From: a virus
DNA length: 64,000 bases
Virus record (IMG/VR): IMGVR_UViG_3300000956_000002
Coordinates: 16,253-80,252 of that record
Direction: 5' to 3' (one strand)
Position 1 is the first letter of the stretch; every line of letters begins with the position of its first letter. The notes under the pieces were generated by a model that was given only the letters and a program-made list of their open reading frames with translations, did not search any database and was not told the DNA's origin. Both the position numbers and the translations under genes were made by a program. Positions 9,631 through 19,656 of this stretch are shown here, piece after piece.

Positions 9631-11341
9631 AGTTGCGGCCGGGACGTATTACATAGATTGGGACGGCGGTTCGGATGCGAACAACGGAATAAGCACCGGT
9701 ACGGCTTGGAAGCGTTCCCCTGGAATGGTTGGGTTCGCTGGCTCGTATTCGCACGCGGCGGGGGACCACTTTATTTTTAAAGGCGGCGTCACTTGGCCAA
9801 GGACGGTGCTTCCACTGACAATCGCTAACTCTGGAAACTCTTCTACGCCGGATGTTTATCGTTCGACAAACACATGGTATAGCGGAGGAAGTTTCGCCAT
9901 CCCATGTTTTGACGGAGAGCACATTCAGCTTGTTGGGTCGATTTCGTCACCGATTTACGTCACGGGCGATTACATCACAATTTCAGGAATTGAGATCAAG
10001 CGACAACTGGTTCCGAACTCAGCCGGTTTCAACGCCTACGGGCATGGTGGAATTCGGGTTTCAGCGGCAGGGTCTTTTGTGACAGTAAGGGAATGCTGGA
10101 TTCATGATTGGCTCCCTGCTGTTAGCGCAGCTACGCCGAACAATACCGACTCTGATTTCGGTGGCGTCGTTGGGTTAAGCGGCTCATCAAATATTGTCGT
10201 AATCACAAATGTGATCGGGCCGGGTCTGCCTCCAGTCGGTTTGACTGGAAACAGTGGATGCGGAGTCGGCGGAACAGTTCTCGTCGTTTCGAGCAATCGT
10301 ATTTTTGGAGTGACGGAATGTATCAACGGGGGCGCGACAAACATTTCCTTCAACTACCTCAGCTATTGCACGAACTCGTACGATCCGCCCTACCATCCGA
10401 ATGTGATTTACCACGGGCTCGCGAGCAACGGTAAGGCGTGGATATACGGGAACACGATCCACGGAATTGATACTGAATTTCAAACGATGTTATTGCACGT
10501 TGGCTACCTCGGAGCCACCAACACGGCCTACTACATCTCAGGGAATTTGATTTACGATGTGTCGTCTCCAATCGACGTTGACGAATCGGGGATCGTAATA
10601 GCTAACAGCGGAACAAAGGCTTACATTTACAATAATACCATTTCCAGAAGCATCACGGTTGCAGCGTTAAAACGCAACCAGACCTATCACATCAGCCTTT
10701 TGGAGTGTAAAAATAACCTCTGGATTTCCGACACGCCAACCGGGAACCCAATCGGAACAGCGGCCACTACTTCCGCCTATGCGCCAGTGGAATCTTTGGT
10801 TGACGACAACAATGTGTGGCTGACTTCCGCGCAGGCCGTAACGGCAGGCTACACGACCGTAAATCTTTTCCAGGGCACGTCCGCTACGGCTGGGCTCGGC
10901 GACAATTATTATTCATTGGTGTTCCCAAGATACGATGTGCTGGGTCGCGAAAGGCAATCTGTGGGGGATTGGGATATTGGAGCCTACGCTCTGGTCGGGC
11001 CAACGATTTCAACGATCCCAGACCAATCGATTTATAAAGACGAAGCAACCGCGGCAATCCCGTTTACGTTAAGCGACATCGACGATGCGGAGGCGGATTT
11101 AACTCTGAGCGTCGAGTCCAGTAACACAGCTTTGATACAAACGGGTGACATTTCTTTTGGTGGAAGCGGAGCAAGTCGGACGATAACCGTGACACCCGAC
11201 GCAGGAGAAACAGGCTCATCGACGATAACCGTCACGGCTGAAGACCCTAACGGAAACACCGGATCTACTGAGTTTCTAATCGATGTCACCGAGCCGATCG
11301 TTATCCCTGCGCGCGTCGGAACTTTCGTCCGGCGCCGATAA
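9581..11341 (+). CDS. Secreted right-handed beta-helix protein with choice-of-anchor-Q-like and Ig/cadherin-like C-terminus
   Basis: Signal peptide; TYYIDWDGGSDANNG; Asn-ladder repeats; DVLGRER..WDIGAY; PTISTIPDQ..SRTITVTP. Confidence 0.7.
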   Translation: MKLLFWQILTLTTLSIKVAAGTYYIDWDGGSDANNGISTGTAWKRSPGMVGFAGSYSHAAGDHFIFKGGVTWPRTVLPLTIANSGNSSTPDVYRSTNTWYSGGSFAIPCFDGEHIQLVGSISSPIYVTGDYITISGIEIKRQLVPNSAGFNAYGHGGIRVSAAGSFVTVRECWIHDWLPAVSAATPNNTDSDFGGVVGLSGSSNIVVITNVIGPGLPPVGLTGNSGCGVGGTVLVVSSNRIFGVTECINGGATNISFNYLSYCTNSYDPPYHPNVIYHGLASNGKAWIYGNTIHGIDTEFQTMLLHVGYLGATNTAYYISGNLIYDVSSPIDVDESGIVIANSGTKAYIYNNTISRSITVAALKRNQTYHISLLECKNNLWISDTPTGNPIGTAATTSAYAPVESLVDDNNVWLTSAQAVTAGYTTVNLFQGTSATAGLGDNYYSLVFPRYDVLGRERQSVGDWDIGAYALVGPTISTIPDQSIYKDEATAAIPFTLSDIDDAEADLTLSVESSNTALIQTGDISFGGSGASRTITVTPDAGETGSSTITVTAEDPNGNTGSTEFLIDVTEPIVIPARVGTFVRRR

Positions 11342-11837
11342 GCACAACGCTAATCGCGAGCAAAGCAGCGCTGCTGTTCGTGTCTGGAACTTCGTTGGGC
11401 GTCGGCGTTGGGTCTGGTATCACTGGAAGGCCCGGAATCGTGGATGGAAGATTAACGTCAAATGTCGCGATGGTAAATGAGCCGAATATTTGAATCGAGT
11501 CGCCGGTCGTGGCTTGGTAGTAATCAAACTTCACGTCATGCGTTCCTGGCGTAAACGCTGATCCCAAGTCTGGAATTAGTCCGTAGATATCATACGGGGC
11601 CACCTCTGTGGCGTTTTGAGCCTCAAAAACAAGAGGTACAACAATCTTGTGGGCATAAACCAATCCATCGATGAATAGGAATGATCTGGTAATATCTGGT
11701 TCGAGATCAATAACCCCGACATGGAGATGGACCCCGGCGTTGTCCTGATCGACGGTGATATCCAAAGTTGCAATCGCCTTTGATGTTTGAGCCGAAAGCG
11801 CAAAAAGCGCGCAGAGTATTGTTAGGATTTTTTTCAT
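11301..11837 (-). CDS. VPDSG-CTERM (PEP-CTERM-like) surface protein
   Basis: Signal MKKILTILCALFALSAQ; Pro/Thr linker; VPDTNSSAALLAISVVLIGAGRKFRR (motif + TM helix + basic tail). Confidence 0.8.
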   Translation of the reverse strand: MKKILTILCALFALSAQTSKAIATLDITVDQDNAGVHLHVGVIDLEPDITRSFLFIDGLVYAHKIVVPLVFEAQNATEVAPYDIYGLIPDLGSAFTPGTHDVKFDYYQATTGDSIQIFGSFTIATFDVNLPSTIPGLPVIPDPTPTPNEVPDTNSSAALLAISVVLIGAGRKFRRAQG

Positions 11838-11987
11838 AGACTTTGATTTGTCATACACCGGGCGGAAACGGAAAGCAATATAAAAATATAACAATAGTAA
11901 GGACGGTTAATGGTCGGGTGTTCAGGATAGGCGAGCCGAGTTTTTCTCATTGTTTTTCCGTAAAATCCGGGTTACTGAAGAATTCGT

Positions 11988-14900
11988 ATGGCCCAATTTC
12001 CTTTGCCGCAGCCGATTAAGATCGTGGATTCTGGTCCGCCGCCGAATGCGAATTACGCGGCGTCGAACAAACAGTATAAGGGCCATGGCAGTCCGGAGGG
12101 TGTGGTGGCGGGGATTGTGGGGGATGAGTATCTGGATTTGGACACGGGCGCTAAATGGAGCAAGATGGGGCCTGATGAAGCTCCGCCGCGACAAACAAAA
12201 GACGGTTGGCAACCAGATGGGGTTGATTTGGCGGATATTCGAGATTTTGGGGTGGCTCCAGATTCGGAAGATGACCAAGGGGATTTGATCCAAACGGCTT
12301 TGGACGCCTCGGCGGAAGAGGGTTTCGTTCTGACTGTGCCGGATGGGATTTATCTGCACACGGCATTGACGGTTTCGGGGTTAATTCGAATCCGCGGCAC
12401 TGGCAAAGGGAAGGCGATTTTCAAGGCGCGCGAAGCGTACGACAGCACGAATGGACTTTGGACGGTGCAAGCTGGCGCCGACGTTGTTTTCGAGGACGTA
12501 GGTTTGCATGGGAACGATCAAGTGAATCGCATCCTGCGCATCAACGCTGGCGCTGACGTGGAAGTCTTGCGGTCGAAGATTTCGAATGCCTACGGTTCTG
12601 TTTCGGTATCGGCTACAGTTTGTGGAATTTTCTGCGGTGGCGGTGGAACCTTACGTGTACTGGATTCGGTCGTTCAGGATTTGATTGCCGAACCTGATGG
12701 CGATAACACCGGGAACGTGCCTGGCACTGTTCGCGGTATTTCGATTGCCAAACAAGGGAGCGAGGATCCACCGACAGAAGTTTTGATTTCGCGATGCACG
12801 TTCAAGAATATTTTATCCGGCGACGGCGCTTCGGAGCGCAACGAGGATTCAGATGCCATCGCGTATCAGTCGTTTGGTCAGGACACGAAAGGCAACGTAA
12901 AGGTCATCGGTAATCATTTCCATAATATCGGCAAGCGGTGGATGAAGATTTTGAGTCCTGGTGTGATTTTCGCTGATAACGATGGGACGAATGAATCGAC
13001 TTCAACGCGGCCGATGTATGCCATCGTGAGCGCAAATAGCTCCGATATTACTGTGGCGAGGAATCACGCTGTCGGCGGCGCTGTCGGGTTATTTTGCGAC
13101 GTCGGAAATCCTGGGGCGTGGGCGTGCAATAATGTTCACGTCGTCAATAATTACTGCAAACAGAGCGAGTCTGATCCATACACTTCCGCGGAGGGATGCA
13201 GAACATTCGGTGGAACATCGGAGCTTTGCTCGGGTGTTAAAATCAGCGACAACGATTTCATCGGGTTTCTGATTGGTGTGCATGTGAACGACGGGTCGGT
13301 TGGTGTCGTTGTCACGGACAACTACATTGAGGCCACCGAGGCGTGCGTGCATGTCTCGTGGCGGTACAATTCCGAGAATTTGTTGAACTATCCAGACCCG
13401 GATATGGTTCTGGTGCATGGGAACGTTGGGATGGCGACGACGTACGGGTTGAGGTGGAAGGGCGCAACGCAGGCGGTGTCAGGTGATAATCTTTTTGAGG
13501 CCGGCGATGCGCTCATCGTTGAAGGCGATTATGCGACGACGTTTGTTACAGTTGAGAGGTTTAACCAGCAAATTCGTGGCGGAACGATCAAAGGGATTAC
13601 GGCGCCTTTTTTGGTTGGATCGACCACAGCCACAACATACGGATCAGAGACACCTCAAGTTCAATCGATAGATACGGCCTCAAGCGGTGGGGTTGCCGGG
13701 CTCTCTGCTGAAACGCGCGATGGGACCAGAAATCGGCGAATCAGAATGACTGTCGTTGACGGCGCGAATCCATCAACTGACCAACGAGCAGGACTTGAGA
13801 CTACGCAGTCCTCGGGTGGGACAGTGCCGTTTTTTATTAAGCTTGGTGGAACTGTTCGAAAGTGGATCGACTCGATTGGGCGCCATTTCTTCTCTGATCC
13901 AACAACAGATAGCCTTGCGGTCAGTATCTCTGAGGGAACAAGCAGTCCAGAAGGGGTGAGGGTGGCGAATCCTGGTTCCATTTACATTCAGCGAGATGGA
14001 TCAACTGGACGAGTCTTTTGGAGGAAAGAATCCGGCACGAGCAATACTGGATGGAGCGTTTCGAGAAACAAGGAGGATTTTCTCGATTGGGGAGCAAGTG
14101 GCGCTGGAGTTGATGATGTTTCATCGGCGTTTACGTCAGCGGTGGCCGCACGATCTCACATTGTAATTGAAAGTGGAACGTATTCTTTTGCGGATGATTA
14201 CACGATTGCCGCTGGGGTTGTGTTGATAATGCGACCAGGGGCAAAATTAAAGCCAGCGAGCGGGAAGAAGATCACGATCAACGGCGAAGTGCAGGCCGGG
14301 CGGCATGAGATTTTTGATTACAGCGCCGGCGGCAAAGTGGCTTTTGGGTCATTCGCTCGAATGACTTTTATTCTGCCGGAATGGTGGGGAGCGGTTGGTG
14401 ATGCTTCGACTAATAACGACACAGCATTCGGAAGGATTTACGATGCAGCGTTGGGCGCCTCTGAAAACAAGCAGACGCTTTTATTGGCTTCGTCTTATTA
14501 CAATTTCGTGGCCGGGTTCACGGTCAAATCGAAAACGGCGATTAAAGGACAAGGGCATCGTCAAACTCGTTTGCAGTTTGCGCCGACTTCGAGCGGTAGA
14601 TTAATTACACTTCCGGAGGATGGGGACAACTTCACGATTGAAGGCGTCCAACTCAATTGCAATGCGTTCTCGGCTGGAGTCAGAACAACGGCCATCGGCG
14701 CCGCCGGAGACACTGACGAGATTAACACGCTTCTCGCTCGCGACGTGGTGATCTCAAATTTCAACCAATACGGTTTCAATTTCGGCTCCTGCATCTGGTC
14801 GCGATTTGAGGCTGTCGAATTTGATAGTGTTTCGAATCGTGTCGCTCTCGGGGGCACCGGAGATGGATCGGCTATCTGCATCAATTTCCGAAGCTTTTCA

Positions 14901-16055
14901 AACGCCATAGAGATTGGGAGCATGTGTCGCGCTGGGCAATGTGAACAATTTCTCAAGACGGTGGATGCAGCGTCTCTTTCGGTTGAAAATAATTCCTTCG
15001 AACAATCCGATGCGACAATCGATGCCGTCTTAAACAAGACGAGCTTCATTGACGTGGTTGGGAGCAACGTCCGCATCGAGAAGAATTACTTCGAGGGCAT
15101 CCGGTCGGACAATCCCGGCGCCGTGATTAATATCACGTCAGCGGATTCTCCTGTCGTCTCAGAAAACCGATTGAATGGGCATCGCCCCGGAGGGAGTACG
15201 TCGGTTTCGGAGATTTTCGTAAGAATAAATGCTTCCGTAAATGGCGGCTGGGTTGCGTGCAATACGTTTCTCGGGGTGCCGGACTATTACATCCAAGTCA
15301 ACGGATCGTCGCAGCCTGTATCGGCGCCGCAAAATACCTACCTCAACAACAGTGAGGTTCCCTACACGGCGTTCTCGCAAATCGAAGCAATGATGTCTCC
15401 ATCTGTGACCGACCTAACGATGTCCACGGAGATTCGTTTTTGCCGCCCCCAGGTGACGAGAATCACCAGCGCCAATACCAACGTCGCGACGGTTCAGGTA
15501 TGGGAAAAGTATCGGAGCGGTGGCTCCGGTTCCGCTAATGACGGCGTTCAGGTTGTTTCAAAACTGACGAACGATGCTGGAAACAATTCCCAAACTCAGG
15601 TTGGTACGATGGGCTGGATGTATGAGAATCCGGCTGACTCGACTGAGCAGGCGAAGTTTCGTGTTCAAGTTATGAACACTGGTCAACTCGCGACCGGTTT
15701 TGAGGCGTTGTCCAAAGGGGGATTCTATACGCAAGGCCCGCCAATCTCCGACATCGTGGTTTCCGCTGTCGATGTGGTCGGAACACAAAAGAATTGGAAG
15801 TGCATCCTTACAGCGACCGGGAAAAAATACTCCTGCCCCAATCCATCCGCTGGGACACCGGCGCTGCCGGAAGGTTGGAAATGTTTTGTGAAGTTGAACA
15901 TCGGCGGAGTTGGAACAGGAACAGTTGATTTCGTGAACGCCACGGATCGCATCCGGCCATCTGGAGCTTCCTCCTACAGCTTGTCGGCCGATGGGAAATA
16001 CGTCGAACTCGAGTACATCGGAAACAACGACTGGATCATCATTCGCGAAGGATAA
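11988..16055 (+). CDS. Tailspike/depolymerase with two pectate-lyase-like beta-helix modules
   Basis: 1355 aa; DIRDFGVAPD..DQGDLIQTAL and PEWWGAVGDASTNNDTAF beta-helix starts; SPEGV motifs. Confidence 0.8.
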   Translation: MAQFPLPQPIKIVDSGPPPNANYAASNKQYKGHGSPEGVVAGIVGDEYLDLDTGAKWSKMGPDEAPPRQTKDGWQPDGVDLADIRDFGVAPDSEDDQGDLIQTALDASAEEGFVLTVPDGIYLHTALTVSGLIRIRGTGKGKAIFKAREAYDSTNGLWTVQAGADVVFEDVGLHGNDQVNRILRINAGADVEVLRSKISNAYGSVSVSATVCGIFCGGGGTLRVLDSVVQDLIAEPDGDNTGNVPGTVRGISIAKQGSEDPPTEVLISRCTFKNILSGDGASERNEDSDAIAYQSFGQDTKGNVKVIGNHFHNIGKRWMKILSPGVIFADNDGTNESTSTRPMYAIVSANSSDITVARNHAVGGAVGLFCDVGNPGAWACNNVHVVNNYCKQSESDPYTSAEGCRTFGGTSELCSGVKISDNDFIGFLIGVHVNDGSVGVVVTDNYIEATEACVHVSWRYNSENLLNYPDPDMVLVHGNVGMATTYGLRWKGATQAVSGDNLFEAGDALIVEGDYATTFVTVERFNQQIRGGTIKGITAPFLVGSTTATTYGSETPQVQSIDTASSGGVAGLSAETRDGTRNRRIRMTVVDGANPSTDQRAGLETTQSSGGTVPFFIKLGGTVRKWIDSIGRHFFSDPTTDSLAVSISEGTSSPEGVRVANPGSIYIQRDGSTGRVFWRKESGTSNTGWSVSRNKEDFLDWGASGAGVDDVSSAFTSAVAARSHIVIESGTYSFADDYTIAAGVVLIMRPGAKLKPASGKKITINGEVQAGRHEIFDYSAGGKVAFGSFARMTFILPEWWGAVGDASTNNDTAFGRIYDAALGASENKQTLLLASSYYNFVAGFTVKSKTAIKGQGHRQTRLQFAPTSSGRLITLPEDGDNFTIEGVQLNCNAFSAGVRTTAIGAAGDTDEINTLLARDVVISNFNQYGFNFGSCIWSRFEAVEFDSVSNRVALGGTGDGSAICINFRSFSNAIEIGSMCRAGQCEQFLKTVDAASLSVENNSFEQSDATIDAVLNKTSFIDVVGSNVRIEKNYFEGIRSDNPGAVINITSADSPVVSENRLNGHRPGGSTSVSEIFVRINASVNGGWVACNTFLGVPDYYIQVNGSSQPVSAPQNTYLNNSEVPYTAFSQIEAMMSPSVTDLTMSTEIRFCRPQVTRITSANTNVATVQVWEKYRSGGSGSANDGVQVVSKLTNDAGNNSQTQVGTMGWMYENPADSTEQAKFRVQVMNTGQLATGFEALSKGGFYTQGPPISDIVVSAVDVVGTQKNWKCILTATGKKYSCPNPSAGTPALPEGWKCFVKLNIGGVGTGTVDFVNATDRIRPSGASSYSLSADGKYVELEYIGNNDWIIIREG

Positions 16056-16064
16056 TATTCGCCC

Positions 16065-16469
16065 ATGCGAAGGTCATATCGAATCCCGGAACCAGCCAAC
16101 CCGCTTGATCCAGAGATCGCGCAAGCGATGGTCACGAGCCGCCTTCAGGTCCCGCCTGATGACGTTTTCGAGGCACAATTTAGCGAGGAGGACCTTGTAA
16201 AGTTCAAAGAAGCAGACCAGAAGCTACTAGGTCTTATGAGCATACAACGTCAGTGGATTGATTGGCTGATATCTGCGGTGCAGAAACAGGATGATTCTAT
16301 TCGTCAGGTTGACGCCGAGGTGGCGCGTCGAAAAATTGACCTGGCAAAATTGAAAAGCGAAACAGAGGAACAAACAATCGTATGGCGCATTTTACGATGG
16401 ATGATCCCACTGCTCGTGGGTGGCGCGCTAACTGCAATTGGCTCGCTTCTGATCAAGGGGGGTCTGTGA
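16065..16469 (+). CDS. Coiled-coil protein with C-terminal TM helix
   Basis: WMIPLLVGGALTAIGSLLI. Confidence 0.6.
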   Translation: MRRSYRIPEPANPLDPEIAQAMVTSRLQVPPDDVFEAQFSEEDLVKFKEADQKLLGLMSIQRQWIDWLISAVQKQDDSIRQVDAEVARRKIDLAKLKSETEEQTIVWRILRWMIPLLVGGALTAIGSLLIKGGL

Positions 16470-16615
16470 AGAAATTGCAAAAGCAATTGCAGGACGTGGT
16501 GGATCAGATCCGCAGCGAAGATCGCGACTCCAGTAAAGACGCGAAATACAACGCCGCGCTGTGCTCTGCAATTGACTCCATTCAAAAGCGGCCGCGGAAA
16601 TCGCATGAAGTTTGA
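16466..16615 (+). CDS. Small hypothetical protein
   Basis: GTG start overlapping the upstream stop (GTGA). Confidence 0.4.
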   Translation: MKKLQKQLQDVVDQIRSEDRDSSKDAKYNAALCSAIDSIQKRPRKSHEV

Positions 16616-16997
16616 TTCGCTACTTGCTCGCATCGATCGCCTGCCGCCTTGTTTGTGCCGGCTGCTGGCGCGTCGAAACGTCACCGGCGGGGGTTGGGCG
16701 CCGAAAAGCACGCGGGACATCGCCGCGGATGCCGGGCTGTCGAAATCAGCGGTGGCGGAATTAAGCCGACGCCGAACGTGGCGTGGAACTCCGATTGGAA
16801 TGGCCGATGCGTTCGCGCGCGGGTGTGGCGTGAACCTGGCGGAGGTGGATGCAGTGATCAAGCGACTAAGGTATCATCGGACGCGCCTGCGGCATCTCAG
16901 TAAAGGCAATGGGCATCAGCGGCGGATGATTGCGGATTTGTTGAAGCAAGTGAAAAACCAAAACCCCATGGAAAGTTCGAGCACTCTCAATGGATGA
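16605..16997 (+). CDS. HTH-containing protein
   Basis: STRDIAADAGLSKSAVAELSRR. Confidence 0.55.
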   Translation: MKFDSLLARIDRLPPCLCRLLARRNVTGGGWAPKSTRDIAADAGLSKSAVAELSRRRTWRGTPIGMADAFARGCGVNLAEVDAVIKRLRYHRTRLRHLSKGNGHQRRMIADLLKQVKNQNPMESSSTLNG

Positions 16998-17352
16998 AAC
17001 AATTCACCTCTCCAAGAATGAATCGGAGACTCCGACGCCAACGCCGCCGGGAGTTCAGACAACAAAAACTGAGACGAAGATCGAGTCGGTGGAGACTGAG
17101 ATCACGCCGGCCAACGGACGACGACATCGCCATCCTGGTGAACTGATGGGGATGAGCGGGCGGTTTTGGATCGCCTTCATTGGAATGCTCGGTGTCGTTT
17201 ATATCGCTGGTGTGGTAGTTCACAAATCGAAGGACGAGATCGATCCTCAAGTGTCGGCGATGATTCTCGGCGGGTTCCTTACGCTGATCGGCAACGTCGC
17301 TTCCAACTATTTTGGACAAAACACCGGGCCGACGAAGCCTAAGACTTCATAG
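16990..17352 (+). CDS. Two-TM membrane protein, holin-like
   Basis: Two hydrophobic helices; position after the tail genes. Confidence 0.45.
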   Translation: MDETIHLSKNESETPTPTPPGVQTTKTETKIESVETEITPANGRRHRHPGELMGMSGRFWIAFIGMLGVVYIAGVVVHKSKDEIDPQVSAMILGGFLTLIGNVASNYFGQNTGPTKPKTS

Positions 17353-17414
17353 TCCAATCCACGATTGACGGTCCGATGGGTGAACGTTACCGTAATTACG
17401 GAATACGGATAAGT

Positions 17415-17861
17415 ATGAAAAAATTCACCCAAATCATCGCCCTTGTAGCGCTCACCATCGGCATGCTCAGTCCCATCGGACCGGTGGCGTGTTCGAAAAC
17501 AACACTGTCGGCTGACGGCGTTTACCAGGGAGACAAAACCCTTTACTCCGCCGAAAAAACGATTACCACGGCCTACAAATCCTTCGACGCGTTTTTGAAG
17601 TGGGAGGAAACCTATCGGGCGGCGCTGCCGGTGGATGTCAGCCGAGCGGCCGACACTGTTCGTTTGAACGCCAAGAAATGGATCGATAGCGCGAGCGCCA
17701 TGCGTGACGCCTATGCTTCCAGCCCGACAAAGGAAAATCGGGACAAGCTGCAACTCACACTGTCGTTGATCGACACGGCGCTGGCTGAATCGTTGAAATA
17801 CATGCAGGCCAACAAGTCGATTGCGCCGGCGCCGCCGAGCAATTTGCCAGTGAAGAAATAA
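17415..17861 (+). CDS. Probable lipoprotein
   Basis: Signal peptide ending in PVAC (lipobox-like). Confidence 0.6.
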   Translation: MKKFTQIIALVALTIGMLSPIGPVACSKTTLSADGVYQGDKTLYSAEKTITTAYKSFDAFLKWEETYRAALPVDVSRAADTVRLNAKKWIDSASAMRDAYASSPTKENRDKLQLTLSLIDTALAESLKYMQANKSIAPAPPSNLPVKK

Positions 17862-17884
17862 TCTCAAATCTCGAAAGGAACGAT

Positions 17885-18085
17885 ATGGATCCGATCACCG
17901 TTATAACCCTCGCCTCAGCAGCGATGGCGCTCGTAAAGCAGGCTATGCCGACAATTCGTGACGCCATCAACGGCGGGCAGTTATCGGCTGAAGATGAAGC
18001 CAAGGTGCGCGCCGAATACGAATCGCTCAGGAAACAACTCGGGGGCGAATTCACCGGCAGTCATTGGGAGTTAAGCGGGCGATAA
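17885..18085 (+). CDS. Small hypothetical protein
   Basis: GAAAGGA RBS, 66 aa. Confidence 0.6.
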   Translation: MDPITVITLASAAMALVKQAMPTIRDAINGGQLSAEDEAKVRAEYESLRKQLGGEFTGSHWELSGR

Positions 18086-18087
18086 TT

Positions 18088-18303
18088 ATGATCGCCGCAA
18101 TAACTGGAGCATCGTTACTAACGGTCATCATCTGGTTGGTGGTGGCCGGTTTGATTTACTGGATTCTCGAATGGGGGCTCTCCAAGGTTGGACTTCCTGA
18201 GCCCTTTGCGAAGATCGCCAAAGTGATTCTCGTGCTGCTGGTCGTCCTGGTGGCGGTTAATGCGTTACTGATGCTGGTTGGGCGTCCGATAATCGTTTGG
18301 TAG
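18088..18303 (+). CDS. Small two-TM membrane protein
   Basis: Hydrophobic-LPEPFAKI-hydrophobic pattern. Confidence 0.6.
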   Translation: MIAAITGASLLTVIIWLVVAGLIYWILEWGLSKVGLPEPFAKIAKVILVLLVVLVAVNALLMLVGRPIIVW

Positions 18304-18648
18304 TTCGAACGGAATACTGTTGGCTTCGCAGAGATTTTTGACGGCATCCTTTTCGGTGTGGCCCCACATGCAGCGTTCTGACTCTTCCATGATGCGGCAA
18401 TAGCCGGCGATGATTTCAAATGGGTCATCGCTTTTGCAGTAGGAACGGTGGTCGGAATAACGTTCTTTGCCGTCGCCATCAAACGGCAGTAACATCGCCA
18501 TCCATTTCGGAAACGCGCGCGTCGATTCTCCTGGGCAATTGTGCGTCCAGATGCCGTGCTTTTGCTTGAATACCTTGAGTTGAGATTTATCGCTTGGCCG
18601 CGGCGGATGATCTCGCGGCACTTCGAGGAGTAGGGGTTGGTTGCTCAT
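18265..18648 (-). CDS. Hypothetical phage protein
   Basis: 127 aa, coupled to the HNH stop. Confidence 0.5.
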   Translation of the reverse strand: MSNQPLLLEVPRDHPPRPSDKSQLKVFKQKHGIWTHNCPGESTRAFPKWMAMLLPFDGDGKERYSDHRSYCKSDDPFEIIAGYCRIMEESERCMWGHTEKDAVKNLCEANSIPFELPNDYRTPNQHQ

Positions 18649-19373
18649 TGTGATTTCCTTCGTTGAAATGGTCGCCGATTTTTTGGTTGATCACGCACCG
18701 GTATCCATTTGCAATTTGAAGGCTCGTAGTTGCCATTCACATCAACTCTTTCGATTGAATACCCAGGAGGACGCTCACCCATGTCCTGAAGGAAATTGTC
18801 GAAAGAATTTTTCCACCTATCACAGATAGCGATTCCGCGCCCGCCATAGTCTTTAAAAAATTCGTATTTGGGATTTAAGCACCGCGTTTTCATGTGACTC
18901 CAGCTAACATAGGCTGGAGATTGTTTGCTTCGACCGCGTTTGATTCTTGAGCAGCCGCACGATTTTCCGACCCCATTTTCAAGTTTTCTAAAAGACTTAC
19001 TCACTTCTGCGCCGCAATCACATTTACAAATGCACGAGGGATAGCGTTGATTTATGGGAGATCGAAAAGATAAAATCGTCAAACGACCGTATCTTTTCCC
19101 GATGTAATCAGTGAATACAAACTTCGTCGTTTCGACTGGAATGTTTTTTGTCTTTTTTCGTCTCAGACACCCACAGGATTTAAAATGTCCAAAATTCAGG
19201 CGGTATCCTTTAAGTAACTTTTCTGATCCGCAGTCGCATCGACACATCCATATAGCGTCCCGTTTTTGATCTAAACCATGAAAGGAAACGACCAGTAACC
19301 TTGAGAAGCGCTTGCCTGTTAAATCCACAAAACGCGAGTGGGTTGGCTTTCTGGAATCAACGATTGTGATCAT
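18645..19373 (-). CDS. HNH homing endonuclease with duplicated CxCDCG N-terminal domains
   Basis: DLTGKRFSRL..CRCDCG twice; YGGRGIAICDRW; SIERVDVNGNYEPSNCKW. Confidence 0.85.
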   Translation of the reverse strand: MITIVDSRKPTHSRFVDLTGKRFSRLLVVSFHGLDQKRDAIWMCRCDCGSEKLLKGYRLNFGHFKSCGCLRRKKTKNIPVETTKFVFTDYIGKRYGRLTILSFRSPINQRYPSCICKCDCGAEVSKSFRKLENGVGKSCGCSRIKRGRSKQSPAYVSWSHMKTRCLNPKYEFFKDYGGRGIAICDRWKNSFDNFLQDMGERPPGYSIERVDVNGNYEPSNCKWIPVRDQPKNRRPFQRRKSQ

Positions 19374-19474
19374 AAATTAATTCCCCCGCCGAGCCGACCA
19401 GGCTGGGACCGGGACGCATTTACAGTTGAGGTCTTGGAACCATGCGTTCCGCCAAACGTTTGGGAGGGAAAGTG

Positions 19475-19654
19475 TCATTGAAATCGTTTATCCAGCGCCG
19501 ACAAACCGCATGTGCATTCGCCACCTTTGCGCCGCGGACAAAAAAGCGCATGTCTCGCGTGACTTCGAACCCACGCTTCAAACCGCTCCAGGCGTCGAAC
19601 TTCGCGCTGGAGATTCGCTATGATCCGGTCAACGGTTTTGGGTTCGATGGACAT
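19475..19654 (-). CDS. Small Cys/His protein, 59 aa, not in the ORF track
   Basis: MSIEPKTVDRIIANLQ...HALFCPRRKGGECTCGL immediately after dnaB. Confidence 0.5.
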   Translation of the reverse strand: MSIEPKTVDRIIANLQREVRRLERFEAWVRSHARHALFCPRRKGGECTCGLSALDKRFQ

Positions 19655-19656
19655 GG

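Noticed and set aside
19380-19510. Fourth copy of the leader switch before the 18645 HNH gene
   Set aside because: Some hairpin potential, but the competing pairing is short and overlaps a small ORF; not convincing by eye.
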